From: Podarcis cretensis
Taxonomy: Eukaryota
Length of the DNA stretch: 64,000 nt
Assembly (NCBI GenBank): GCA_951804945.1
Contig: OX638166.1
Span: 38,440,001 to 38,504,000 of the forward strand
Reading direction: 5' to 3'
Below are positions 50,759 to 63,747 of this stretch, piece after piece. Both the position numbers and the translations under genes were made by a program. Under the pieces are notes generated by a model. The model worked only from the letters and a program-made list of their open reading frames with translations, had not been told where the DNA came from and did no database searches. Numbering within the stretch: the stretch's first letter is position 1; each line of letters starts with the position of its first letter.

Positions 50759-53131
50759 CTAGAAATAGGGAGGGAGAAAATTAATTATGTTGGTTCTGCA
50801 TTTGCCATCCACACTTGGATGCAGCGATACTAAGCAAATTAAGTAATTACACAAAATGCAAACAATTTGTGTGCTTGAAATGAAACACAATCATACTTTT
50901 CCAGGCTGACATCCTCAGGACCCGGATCTGCTCCCCCCCCCCCCTTCTTCTTCTAGTAGCATTCAGCACCAGTTCTAAAGATAACCTTGAATAATATCTA
51001 GCTCTGGAGATTCTATTCCAAGCTTTGCATTTGCTTTGAAAATATTTCCCATCCATGGTTAGGAAAATATTTGCAGTCTCAGAAATGTATGCTTGCTATT
51101 TGCAATCCCAGGAGAAAAAGTGAAAATAAAAGTTATTAGAGTGGAAAGCTGAGGCAAGTTACTCTACAGTTAAAGACATACAATCTCTAAAGATCATTAG
51201 AATGAACACCTCTTGCATGAACAGCAGAAAGGATAAAACATTCTAAGGAGGTTAAACCTAGTTTATCCACAACATTTTCCCTTTTTATGGAATAGACACA
51301 GCATTGTGCTAGATCACTAGATTACAATCTGTAATCCAGTACACAGTTTGAAGGTGTCACAAATAGCTACAAATGACATTGGTGGCATGATTAGATATGC
51401 AGGAGAATGGAGAAACCTTTATCCACAGACACAACTGCAACAAGGAAAGTGCTGAGAACACAAAATAGGCAACAGGGGATGCTCAGATAGTTTCTCCTCA
51501 GAAATGAGAAATCAGGTTGTCTAGAACTGAAACTGTGTGCTAACCCTAAGAGCTATCTTGTCACGGTAGGCAAGATGAGCAAGAAGAGGTCTCAGGAGAT
51601 GATGAAGCTAAGGAACAAGAGGCTCAGGTAGCCAAAAGAACGGGAAAGAGTCTGCAATGAACAGAGATAAAAGGTGCTTCCAGGTATGGATGATTTAGCA
51701 ATCCCTCATCATTTTGGTTCTGCTTTCAGCTGAAAGTTGAAGAGCAATTCAGCCTCCACACTTCTTGAAGGCAGACCCTAACACTTTGTTCTGCAGCCAG
51801 GTTCTGAGTCCTCTTTTCCCAACTCCAGTTACTGAGAGGGGGGTCATTAGGACCAGGGGGGAGGGAAGACTACCTCCTCCTTCACGGTACTCCTTATCAT
51901 GTCGCCCCATTGCTGCAACGTAAGAAGGAGTGGGAGAAAGAGTGCAACGCTTTTTGGAAAGAGAAAGGTCAAACTGATAGAACTAATTCCTAGAGAGGAG
52001 AAACAAACCAGAGAGAGAAAAAGTAGCTACAGCAATCTAGAATAACAGCACAGTAGCCCACCAATGCCCAGGGAATGTACTGTATGCAGCTACGAAAAGA
52101 GTTGAGAAAAAGTTGCATTTTCTAAGCTCATAAAAAAGGAAGTGGAACAGGGAAAAAGTGAGAGGAAAATGTTTTGTTCATGCCATCTTGCATGAGTAAG
52201 GAAGCAGTACATGTCCAGTGTGGAAGCAGTCACAGAAACCTAAAAGAACAGCAGATGGTAGAAGCAGAGGAAAAGAGACAGGGAATTAAGGATGAAAGTG
52301 ACCGACAAAAGGAGAGGACTATTGAAACAAGGCAGTCAAAGCTGTATTAAATGGGCAGGAAAGGGGTGGAGAAGAATGCTGGATGAACACTGCTGGTTGA
52401 AAGATAGTGTGGCTGGACAAAGCAGGGCCAGCTAAGATGAAGCAGGAAGAAAATCATAGAATCATAGAATTGGGACCATGAAGGTCATCTAGTCCAAACC
52501 CCTGCAATGCAGGAATCTTTTACCAAAAGTGGGGCACAACCTCGAGATTAAGAGTCTCATGCTCTGCTGACAGAGCTACAAGGCAACCATTAGGTTGGCA
52601 GAGGTGTGACCATAGACAAAGAAAGGAGGGACTAGGGTTGACCTCTTTTTCCTGACAGGGCTACTGGATTAGAACAATTTTTCCATTGTTTAAATCCAGT
52701 CTTGCACGTAGCACTCATGGAAGGCTATACCTGCCAGTTGTCAAAAATACCACTTGTGAAGCAGATTAGAAGCACACAAATCTGATTAGCAAGAAATTAA
52801 ACACAAAACAGGAAACATTTTTGGTTAACTCTGCACCCTCTAGAAAGAACAAAAGTTTCTGGCTGAGTCTTGTTTGCGCAGAAGAAAATGTCACCACCAT
52901 CCCATGCTAAACAAACCCAAGCTGTGGGGACTGTGTAGGGTAGAGAAAGCTTTTTCTGCCAGAGAGCTGCATTTCCTCCTGGGCTGCCTTCCAGGGCCTG
53001 TGTGCCAGAAGCGGGATGGGCAAAAGCAGGCAGAGCAACAGATGCAACTCTTGCCTTGGTACACAGGAGGCTACACTCTGGGTTTCAACCCACACCTCTC
53101 CACTCTTCATTCAGGAAGCATGGGGCACATC

Positions 53132-53670
53132 TGTCAGGGCTGGATTCAGGCATAGGGCAGCAACAAAACAATAAATCAATGGAAACAAACCACAAGTCTG
53201 GCCTGTCAGTCTCAGCAACTCTTTCAAGGTCTTGCCCCAATGAAGCAGTTGTGAGGGCTGAAGATGCCTGCCTTCCCAGGGTCCACTGGGACTCCTCCTC
53301 TCCAGGGTCTTTCCCACTCAGTCTCAGGCGGCATCTGCGCACAACCCGGCTCTGCCCTGCCCTCTTGATTTCTCTGTGTGTTCTAGGAGACCAGGAGAGG
53401 AGCTGGTTGCACCGGGAGGGGGAGACTCTCTGGCTTCTTCCGCAGCCAGCCCCTCTGCCTTCTGGCCCCATTCCTCCCCAGCCTCTGGACTGCTCTCTGC
53501 CACAGTCTCTCCCTTCTCACTAAACCCTGTCACCTCTTCTGCTTCACCCTCTTCTCTCTCTGGCCACCCACCACCAAGGCCCTGGCTCTGAGCCCTCTTC
53601 CCTTGCGGGGGGGGGGGTGTTCCTCGGCTGGTGCCTCCCACCATTCCTCTGCATCCAGCCAATCCATGAT
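53132..53670 (-). mobile_element. Probable solo LTR (~540 bp)
   Basis: Ends ...CCCTGACA on the minus strand, purine-rich body; the other terminus is degenerate and no TSD was seen. Confidence 0.42.
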
Positions 53671-53914
53671 CGTACCACAGCTCAAAGACGCTTTGCAGCC
53701 CCGCAAACACACTCAAGCAAGCCAGGCCAGTGTGGAGGTGCATGACCTGACGGCCAGATACAGAAGCATGGAACATCTCGTCCAGTTTGGCCCTAAAGTA
53801 TGCAATCACCATTAAAAAGTCAAAATACTTAGCCACTTTGTTGTGACTCTCTTTTCTGTTGAAGGGGGCGGGAATCCTAGGAAACAAGTTTTTTTAAAAA
53901 AACGAATGATATAC

Positions 53915-56900
53915 CTGTGAAATGTCTTGTCCTTGAACGTGTTCTTGGTGTGGCTGTGTCCCTGCGCTAAGTGATGCTTGCTGGTTCAGGGCTGCTGCTG
54001 CTGCTCCAGAACTCGTTGAAGGGAACTGCTTCTGGACCACTGGCTCTGCAGGCAACATGGACCCCTGGCACATTGGCAGCTGCTGCTGCTGCTGCACATA
54101 TGCTGACTGTACTGAGGAAGCTGTAAATGGTTGGTTATTATCAGCTGGCTGAAATGCTGGAGGTTGCTGGAGGAGGCTAGGACCGTGCAGGTGCCCGGGA
54201 AGTTCTGGCGGCTGTTGCCTTGCATGAGCTGGCTCTGACTGTTCTGGCATGGAAGACACAGTCTGTGGTGCGTTTGGGGCAGACTGTGGGACTGTGGCGT
54301 TGAGGGGCTGAGGAATAGCATGCTGGTTGAACTCTTGATAGGGAGCCTGTGGCTGCATTTGTGGGATAAAAGATGGCTGAGATGGGACAAAAGGGGCCTG
54401 CGATCCTGGCTGTTGGCCTTCTGCAAACTTGTGTCCCGCCTGAGGAGGCTGCAGCTGCTGGTGCCCTATGCCGGAATCCTGCTGGATCAGATATGTTGAT
54501 GGCTCAGGCTGGAGCTGCTCGGAGGGATAAGCATGGGCCTCCACTGGTTGCCCTAGGCAAACCTGCTGCTCCATGCAGCCAGCGCCACTATCCTGCACCG
54601 TATATAACGATTTCTCAGGAGAGCGCATGGCAAAACTCCGTTGATCTGCAACCTGTACTGCTAAGTGAGCCTGCTGGATCTCTGGAGGCGGAATTAGATA
54701 TGGCGCTGGTTGGGTTACGAAAGCTGCCTGTCCTTGGTAAAAAGACGGCATTGGATATGTCGGTTGGTCCAAGGGCTGTCCTGGATACACTCCAGGGACT
54801 GCATAGACCAGTTGCTCTGTGCACGGAGGCTGATCGGAGCCTTGCATTGTGTAAGTGACACGCATCTGACATGGTGCTTGCTCTGGTGCCTGGAGCTGGT
54901 TGGTGGGCTGCACTTGAGGTGCCAGCTGCTCTGAAGCTGGGAGCTGGTGGGGGGGCTGCGTTTGATATATTAGCTGTTCTGGGGCTTGCAGGTGGTACTG
55001 GATGGGATAAGCCACCTGCTCTGGAGTTGAACCCGAGAGCTCGGCCTGCTGCGGCTTTTCTACAACTTGTTGAGTGACAGCTGCCAACTGCTCCGTAGAG
55101 CTGCCCTGGAAAAGAAACTGCTCTTGTTTCTGCTGCTGTAGAGGCAGGTGGTATAACATCTGTTGCCTTACACAAGGATGTTGATCTGTGGATTGGTGCA
55201 TCTGAATAGCTTGCTGCTCTTGCTGCACCAGGGAAGGCTGCGCCGAAGCATCAAGGGGCAGCGTGGGATACTGTGGGCACTGTGGAAGTTGAATCGGCTG
55301 CGGCATGGCAGAGACCTGATGTACTGGCACAACCTGCTGGGACTGCTGAATGGAACCAACCTGCTGGGGAATTTGTGGAGATTGCTGAATGGAGCCCACT
55401 TGTGGGGGAATATGCTGAGACTGCTGCATTACTGCTGCCTGTTGAAGCTGTTGAATAGAGGCCATTTGCTGGGGCTGCTGCATGGATGGAACTTGCTGGG
55501 GCTGCTGCATGGGTGCCACCTGCTGGGGAACTTGCTGGGGCTGTTGCATAGCCACCAACTGCTGAGGAACGTGCTGGGACTGCATGGATGTTGCTTGCTG
55601 AGGAACATGCTGGGGCTGCTGCATGGACATCGCCTGCTGGGGAACTTGCTGGGTCTGCTGCATGGGTGCCACTTGCTGGGGCTGCTGCATGGACATCGAC
55701 TGCTGCGGAACTTGCTGGGTCTGCTGCATGGGTGCCACTTGCTGGGGCTGCTGCATGGACATCGCCTGCTGCGGAACTTGCTGGGGCTGCTGCATGGGTG
55801 CCACCTGCTGGGAAACTTGCTGGGGCTGCTGCATGGATACCACCTGCTGGGGAACTTGCTGCATTGTCACCTGCTGGGGAACTTGCTGGGGCTGCTGCAT
55901 GGGTGCCACCTGCTGGGGAACTTGTTGGGGCTGCTGCATGGGTGCCACCTGCTGGGGAACTTGCTGGGTCTGCTGCATGGATGCCACCTGCTGGGGAACT
56001 TGCTGGGGCTGCTGCATGGGTGCCACCTGTTGGGTCTGCTGCATGGATGCCACCTGCTGGGGAACTTGCTGGGTCTGCTGCATGGATGCCACCTGCTGGG
56101 GAACTTGCTGGGTCTGCTGCATGGATGCCACCTGCTGGGGAACTTGCTGGGGCTGCTGCATGGGTGCCACCTGTTGGGTCTGTTGCATGGGTGCCACCTG
56201 CTGGGGAACTTGCTGGGGCTGCTGCATGGATGCCACCTGCTGGGGAACTTGCTGGGGCTGCTGCATGGGTGCCACCTGTTGGGTCTGCTGCATGGATGCC
56301 ACCTGCTGGGGAACTTGCTGGGTCTGCTGCATGGATGTCACCTGCTGGGGAACTTGCTGGGGCTGCTGCATGGGTGCCACCTGTTGGGTCTGCTGCATGG
56401 GTGCCACCTGCTGGGGAACTTGCTGGGGCTGCTGCATGGGTGCCACCTGCTGGGGAACTTGCTGGGGCTGCTGCATGGGTGCCACCTGCTGGGGAACCTG
56501 CTGCGTTGACACCATGTGTTGAGGAGCCTGCTGTGTAGGTGCCACCTGCTGAACAATTTGCTGGGGCTGCTGCATGGGTGCCACCTGCTGGGGTACTTGC
56601 TGGGGCATCTGTTGAACTGACACCTGCTGGGGAACTTGCTGGGGTTGTTGAATGGATGTAACTCCCTGTGGAACTGACGGCAGAGCTGAAGGGTTAGGAA
56701 GAGCCTGTGCTAAACTTGGCATATTGTTGACAAACTGAACTGAAGGCTGCCCCTGTAGCACAGGTGAATGACCAGCAGGCACAAAGCTGGCAGAAGCATG
56801 CTCCAGTTCCATTGATCCTGCAGCAGCTGGAGCCTGACTACCGATTCTAGCAGCAGAGGTCAACGGTATGTTAGCTGGCAGGTGTTGGTTCACCATCTGT

Positions 56901-57013
56901 GGTGCAGGGATAGTCTGAGGGGAAGTGGCTGTCAAGATCTGCTGGGGGACTCCCATGATGGATCCATCCAATGTCTGCCCTTCTGCACTGTAGGATACCT
57001 GTCCATCTGGAGC
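53915..57013 (-). CDS. WNK3: WNK3 giant Gln/Pro-rich exon (3099 nt, phase 0 to 0)
   Basis: Uninterrupted 1033-codon frame, including ~1.7 kb of non-repetitive sequence; acceptor tcttctcaccag, donor CAG|gtatat; in phase with both neighbours. Confidence 0.85.
55330..56660 (-). repeat. Coding minisatellite of 39-nt and 27-nt units (QQVPQQVAPMQQP / QQVAPMQQP)
   Basis: About 35 tandem units visible in both DNA and translation; homogeneous core, degenerate edges. Confidence 0.95.
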
Positions 57014-57736
57014 CTGGTGAGAAGAAGATATTTTAAAAAGTGGTTAAACTGATTGTCCTTTCTCCAAATCTTACTATAAGGAACCTCACCATCACCACCA
57101 ACAGAAGAATCACTCTGAGAAGACTATAACAAAAAGAACTTGTAGAAGGAATATCAATATTCAAGGGATTTTGTATAAGTTAATAAACAGCCGCTTGTAA
57201 AATTCCATCACCTTGGCAACACACTTTCAGTGCTCCAAAATAACCACCTTATCTGTAAGCTACCGGTATATGAAGGGTAGCAAAGAACCACTAACACTTC
57301 TTTGCAATTTCAAAAGTATTTCAGTAGCTGGACAGCCAGTATTTAACTTAGCTATGTTCCAACTAGAATGAAGGAGTGGGATGATGGATTGAATTCTTAT
57401 GTTTAGGGTGCCTGAGGAAGAACTACCGGTATTTTTCATGAAGGTTGGTCCATTCTATGAATACATTCTACAGGGAGCCGACTGCCACTGCTATATTCTA
57501 CAAGCATTTCCTAGCGTGCATTCAGTTCTGCTTAAAACAGAGCTCATAATTTATCATTCAAGCTTCAGTCTCCACTGCATCATATAAAAACTCCTACAAC
57601 TCTGACACAGGATCAGATATTCAGAGTAAAGCACGCCCCTCAGGCAGCTGCCTTAAGAAAAGGAGGACAGCATCAATTCCAGACACACCCAAAAATTACA
57701 AAGTGGTTTTTCCACAAGATGGTAAAGTAAATGGTA

Positions 57737-57909
57737 TACCGTATTTTTCGCTCTATAACACGCACCTGACCATAACACGCACGTAGTTTTTAGAGGAGGA
57801 AAATCCGTAGGCATGCCACCTGTAGACATTCCCTCCATAACACGCACAGACATTTCCCCTTACTTTCTAGGAGGAAAAAAGTGAGTGTTATGGTGCAAAA
57901 AATACGGTA
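57737..57909. mobile_element. Tc1/mariner-pogo type MITE
   Basis: TA-CCGTATTTTT...AAAAATACGG-TA termini; three internal ATAACACGCAC direct repeats. Confidence 0.8.
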
Positions 57910-58430
57910 ATTTATTTACAAAAGCGACCATTTTGGGGTTAATTGTGACTAATGTATTTCAAGTGTGAGAACTCCTCAGAGGCAAGAGTCACTTCTTGTT
58001 GCTGGAATGTGGAGTTCTTCCATCCTCTCCCAAAGCAGCGCTTTTGTAAATAAAGTATGGCACCTTGTGAGGTCCACCATGACCAAACCACCACGGCCCC
58101 ACCTAACAAGCTGATTCCCCAGCCTTGTGCAAGAGCCTTTCTGCACAATTAATTTTTATGCAACGTGCGTTTCTCCACTTGCTGCACACAACTTGTTGCA
58201 GAGATATCAGTTTCCAAGTGTTCAGAGCTAAGCTACCTTGACCTACAAATGTATGAAAGCAATGGGTAGAGAAAGGATTGAGCAATATCTTTCTTCTGCC
58301 ACTTATCCCTCCTAAAGCAGTTAGTTCAGCATACCATTGCACACATTTGCATGTAATGTATACTTTTGAGATAAAAGAGCAATACTCTGTACGTGAAAAT
58401 GTTTGCACCACCACCACTGCTCCTGATGCT

Positions 58431-58630
58431 GAGAGAACAGGGCCACAATCCAGGGGCAGAGCATCTCCTCTGCATACAGAAGAAGGTCCTCAGTTCAATC
58501 TCTGTCATCTCCAGGTAGAGCTAAGAGAGACACCCACCTGAAACTCTGGAGAGCCGCCGTGTACACTACTGAGATGGAGGGAACAATGATCTGACTTTGC
58601 ATAAGGCAGCTTCCATATGTTCCTATGTTC
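58431..58630 (+). mobile_element. tRNA-derived SINE (Squam2-like)
   Basis: Degenerate tRNA head (cagttcaatc) and ataaggcagcttccatatgttcctatgttc tail; a degenerate reverse copy lies near 61080-61305. Confidence 0.6.
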
Positions 58631-59398
58631 TTGTTATTGTGACCACTGAATGGGGTATGGGTGCCGGAGTGCCATGGCACCTACTAGGTATCATTTTGTG
58701 ATGCACTTAAGACCAAACCCCCTGTTAAAATGCAAGCAGGTGAAACATTAGATCAGTGTCTCCTCTTCCACTGCACAGTGTTCATAAGACAAGACAGTTT
58801 ATGAACAGAAGCAGCGGGGTGGAGGATGTTTAACCCTTCCCTCGCCAAGCACTTTTCTTCTGCCAGTTTTTCAAACCAAGTTTATTTCAGAAAAATGTCT
58901 GTGAAATCCCCTGGGGGGGGGGAGCAGATTGAAGTAAAAGTTTCAGAAGAAAAGTGACACTCTTTCTCCCCTGTCATTTCTTCATTGCAAATTGCCCCCT
59001 CTTGAGAATCCTTTGCAGTGAAGAAATGACCATCAGGCTTGTGTTACATACGGACATGTTGCAATGTGCAGTTTAACTTCGACTTGTGAAGCAAACTCCA
59101 TCACCTGTTCAACATTTGATGTCATTTGGGGGTATTCCCCCCACCACAACCCAGAGGCTGCGCATTTGCCCCATGCAACTTCTCCATAGCGGCACACATC
59201 ATCCGGACACATTTCTTTTTCAACAACAAGAACGCCTGCTACGTTATCTCCCACTTTATGTGACTGCCTGCTCTCATCATGGTGTGAAGTCCCTTGTAGG
59301 CGTATGGCTCAGAGTCCAAGATGCCCTTGTGAGATGCTATTTTAATGACAGTTTGAAAGGACCATCAGGTCAGTCGGACTATCCCTGGAAGCCCTTAC

Positions 59399-59551
59399 CA
59401 GCCTCGGTGTGAACTGCTGAAGTGCAACAGGAGACGCCTGGGCTTGAGGAACCACAGGGGGGGCCAAGCTGTGGGTGGGTAGGGTTGAAGGCTGACTCTG
59501 GATTAGTGGTAAAGCGCTGGGGTGGGCCACATTTGCTGGCTGTTGTTGCAC
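59399..59551 (-). CDS. WNK3: WNK3 exon (153 nt, phase 0 to 0)
   Basis: VQQQPANVAHPSALPLIQSQPSTLPTH...FTPRL; acceptor ttttgttag, donor CTG|gtaagg. Confidence 0.85.
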
Positions 59552-60418
59552 CTAACAAAAAGATAATTAAATGGACCGTTCATAGAAAAACTAATTGATT
59601 GCCTGTGCTTCAGCTCTCCTGGTCTCAGCTGCCCTGCCTGCATTCTCCGGCAACATATTCTCCTGGGGAAATGATACATCATCCTGAGACATGTTACCCA
59701 CAGCAGAGACTGTGAACCTATACCATTGGTGAGCCACACAAAACACTGTTGTAACATTACTTACATTACTGCAGAATCCAACAGCTTAAGAGAATGTATG
59801 GAAGGGCCCCAACGCATCTCTTACACCTTTCACTACCATTCTTAGGAAAACATTCCTCCTCCAAGGCATCCCTTGGGATCCCTTCCAACTCTACAATTCT
59901 ACAATTCTACGAAAAGGCAAACTCAATGGATGATAAAGGGTGCCTCTGGATACACATGGTGGAACAAGTTCAGGACTCCTCCCATTCTAGGCTATCTTAA
60001 TTCTACTACATGTATAGACTAGAGAAACCTAGGACCTTTAAACGGTTGACTTCTATATTTTTTTAAAAAGACAAAGGCCTGGTCTATACACAGAGAGCAA
60101 AAGGAAGGTAGAATGATGGGAAATCACCATTTTGTTTAATGCCCCTCTATCTGAAAAATCCATACAAGTAAATGTTGTTTATATCCTTTTAACTTATTTC
60201 CTACCATTTAGCTCAGGAAGTTTTATAATTGTCAGAGAATTCTGCACAGCTCTCAATTCTGTGTATCCTGAATCAACAGAGGCCGACTGAATAAAAGATA
60301 CTGCCTTAGCTATCTTATTTTATTCCTTCTCTAAGACTAGCACAGTCATGACAACATTTCCAGAAACTCGATACAAGCAGTTCTCTTACCATATTTAAGA
60401 AAATGATGGGTCACTTAC

Positions 60419-60612
60419 CCCTGCCATCGACTGGTAATGTCCTACCAGCTGCTGGGAAGCGTAGATGTGTCCTTGAACACTGTTTTCAGCTTGTGAGAGA
60501 TTGGGGGCCTGCTGGGGGCCCATAATCTGTTCCGAGGAGAAAGCCAGGCTATGTTGGCTGGAGGCATCCGAAAGTATAACTGAACCTGCTCCTCTCTCAG
60601 ATAAACTGTCAG
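60419..60612 (-). CDS. WNK3: WNK3 exon (194 nt, phase 1 to 0)
   Basis: DSLSERGAGSVILSDASSQHS...QQLVGHYQSMAG; acceptor ctgacgcag, donor GGG|gtaagt. Confidence 0.87.
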
Positions 60613-62905
60613 CTGCGTCAGTGTAAGAGGAGGGAAAGGACAAAAGATAAGCTGTTTCAGAGGAATCCATAACAATTCCCATCCTTCTCCCTATCACTGC
60701 CTCATGCAGACAAACCACTTGGACTTAATGAACAGGCCCCACTGGTAGAATCCCACAAAAGGATGTCCACTAGTACAATGAAGCTTTCCCACCCTTCTCC
60801 TCCCTCCACACCCCACCTCCCAAAATTGGGAACACTGTATGGGGCTAGGAGAGGAGACATCTTTCTGTCTGGTAAGATGAAAAGCTGATGGAACAACTGC
60901 TATAGTGCTACACTGAATTCAAGGGGCATAACAGGAGCTGTCTACAAATGCCTCATCTACAAGGATCAAATATTTACTTGAGAAAAGAATACAAGAAAAT
61001 GCAAGCCTGCATTCTAGTTGAGGGCAAGGAAGGGTGATCCAATCTTTTAAAAAAATAAAAATAAACCCTATGCTTTTAAGCTGGCATCAGTAAGTTTTCT
61101 ACATGGAACACAGGAAGCTGCTTTAAATCAAGAAAGAACACTGGTTCACCGCTTTCAGTGTGGTCTATGTTGTCTATACTTGCTAGGAGAAACTCTCCAG
61201 AGTTTCAGACAAGAATGAGAATTCAGGTCTATGTGGAGATGCCATGGCTTGAACCCGGAACATTACGCATGCAAACCAGGTAGTCTGCCACTGAACTATA
61301 TGCTTCAGGTACATATGCCCCAAACCTCTTTGGAATATTATCTCCTGCTTCTACTAGGAGACAGTCTGGAGCAGTGGCTAGAGTGCTGAGCTTAAACTAG
61401 GGTTCACAGACCTACAAAGTCCATGAGCTTCAGTGGTTTAAGCTCCCATAACCTAACCTACTTCACAAGATGGTTGTGAAAACAAAAGAGGATAAAGCTA
61501 CTTATCAGAACATAATCCTATGCAGACATAAACATGGCAAACTTGCATTCCATGTAAATTTTGAAATATGGGCCTTTTGATCAGGCAACAAAGGCTTTTT
61601 CATTGAATTCTTCTCAGCTCTGCCAATAACACCAATCCATGACCATGCCTTGTTTTGGGAACTATATGCTCTTTGGCAAGGACAAACTCCTGACCTTTAA
61701 GCCAGCATCCTTTTCAGAAATATTCAACACTTATGGAGCGGTTTGTGAAGGAACCAAGCAATATTATCACATGTTTATGCCAAACAAATGGTGACGAGGA
61801 AACAGAACACCAAATAAGGTCTGATTTGTAATGGAACATTACTCTGGGTTGGGAATAATCAAATGTCTTATTGTACAGTAACTGGAATTGTACTTAGTTT
61901 TGACCCTCTTGTTTTAATGTTACGTTTTAATTGTTGTAACCTGCCTGGGACCTTAAGGTGAAGGGTGGGTAAGCAACAACAACTACTACTGCTACAACTA
62001 CTACATTTGAAAAAATGTTTTTTAAAAACCCTGCTGGATCAGGCCAAAGGCTCATCTTGTCCAGAATCCTTTTCTCACAGTGGCCAACCAGATGCCTATG
62101 GGAAGCCCGCAAGCAGGACCTGAGTTCAAGAGAACTCTCCCCACTTAGGATACCCAGCAAATGGTATTCATATTCTACACTTTTTTAATCAGTTGCTTTA
62201 TTTGTGGCTCTGCCTGGCCAACAGTGCCATGGAGGTACGATCAACCTGCTGTTCTAATTTCACTACTCCAGTGTGGCACGTCTATCAATTGAACAGGGAG
62301 CAACATCATGGGTAGCTGCTGACCTCAGATGTTCTTTTATTGGGCAAAGTGGCTGCAAGCAGGTGGCTCTATGTTGTGTGAAGAGTTGCAGCGTAGAAGA
62401 GGAGGAAAAGGCTCAAAATGGCCACACAACTTGGCTACCCCCAAGCTGCTTTTCCCTTCTGAGAAAAAAAAATGGTACAAGTCTTTGAATCAGTAAAGGA
62501 GAAAGAAGCTGGGCTGAGCAGCAATTTTGAGTAGGCAAATGGTTGTGAGCAAAAGGGTTGTCCATTAGAAAACTCTCATCAGATTATCATGGCTGTGCTG
62601 GCTGAGGCTGATTGGAGATTCAGCCCAAAACATCTAATGGGAGTTCTAGTCCAAAACATCTGGAGGGCATCAGATTGGTAAAGACCGATGTACATGATAT
62701 TAGCCAACAATTCAAACTGTGGGCAACTGCCACAGATACATGTCACAGTTTACATGCTAATTGACCTCCAATAAAGCAGAAAAGAGTTCAATAAATGCCT
62801 TGTGGAGATGCATCTGGATGAACAAAATGATGCTCTGATTCACTCTTTATAACCTTAGTTCAGGATAGCATTTGGGAGGACAGGCTGCCTTTGGTTGCTC
62901 ATTAC

Positions 62906-63194
62906 CAGCAATGGAGGAGCTGTGCTGCATTTGTTGAAGGATTTGCTGTCGGACATGTTGGTCCACCTCTGTTTCCTCGCACTCCGTCCTGCTCTGTTGG
63001 GAAGGAGTGGTGAATGATGAGCCCTGTGGCTGGAGTAATGGTAGCCCACTTGGCAGCTTGCTTTGAGAGTCTCTTCTCTCCTCCAGGTAGCCCACCTGCC
63101 TCCGCTCCCTTGTCTTCTTGATTAGGGAGACACGATCCCGGATGGACTTAGCCACAGCTTTAGAATCACTTTCGTGGAAAAATCCTGACTTCAC
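62906..63194 (-). CDS. WNK3: WNK3 exon (289 nt, phase 0 to 1), end of the autoinhibitory/CCT-like domain and first coiled coil
   Basis: [30 protein letters not shown]...[14 protein letters not shown]; acceptor tgtccag, donor G|gtaatg. Upstream kinase exons lie outside the window. Confidence 0.93.
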
Positions 63195-63389
63195 CTGGAC
63201 ATCAAAAAAGAACGGTTCTATTAAGTATAACTCTGCTCCTCTGAACTGGTATCCATCGGTGTTTAGCAATGCTTTTCTGTAATTTCACATTAACTCAGGG
63301 TTCCATTACAACAGAACTTGCATTGACCACATACTAGATCAATCTTGGACCTATTGTATGGAGCGCCAAACAATACAGCAAGCAAGATA

Positions 63390-63747
63390 AAAAGGTAAAG
63401 GTACTCCTGCCCGTACGGGCCAGTCGTGACCGACTCTGGGGTTGCGTGCCCATCTCGCTTAAGAGGCCGGGGGCCAGCGCTATCCGGACTTCCGGGTCAC
63501 ATGGCCAGCGTGATGAAGCTGCTCTGGCGAGCCTGCACCAGCACAGCACACGGAAACGCCGTTTACCTTCCCACTATAAAGCGGTACCTATTTATCTACT
63601 TGCACTTAAGAGTGCTTTCGAACTGCTAGGTGGGCAGGAGCTGGGACCGAACGACGGGAGCTCACCCCACCGCGGGGATTCAAACCACTGACCATATGAT
63701 CGGCAAGTCCTAGGCGCTGAGGTTTTACCCACAGTGCCACCCGCGTC
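63390..63747 (-). mobile_element. Sauria SINE, full length
   Basis: TSD cagcaagcaagata at 63376-63389 and 63748-63761. Confidence 0.9.

Noticed and set aside
55163-56538. Three long plus-strand ORFs (Leu/Gly/His, Ala/Trp and Cys/Trp repeats)
   Set aside because: Shadows of the stop-free repeat array; they start and end at or near the repeat, whereas the minus frame continues through unique sequence with splice sites.
55330-56660. CRISPR-like or mobile repeat array
   Set aside because: No unique spacers, eukaryotic context, and it is an in-frame coding minisatellite.
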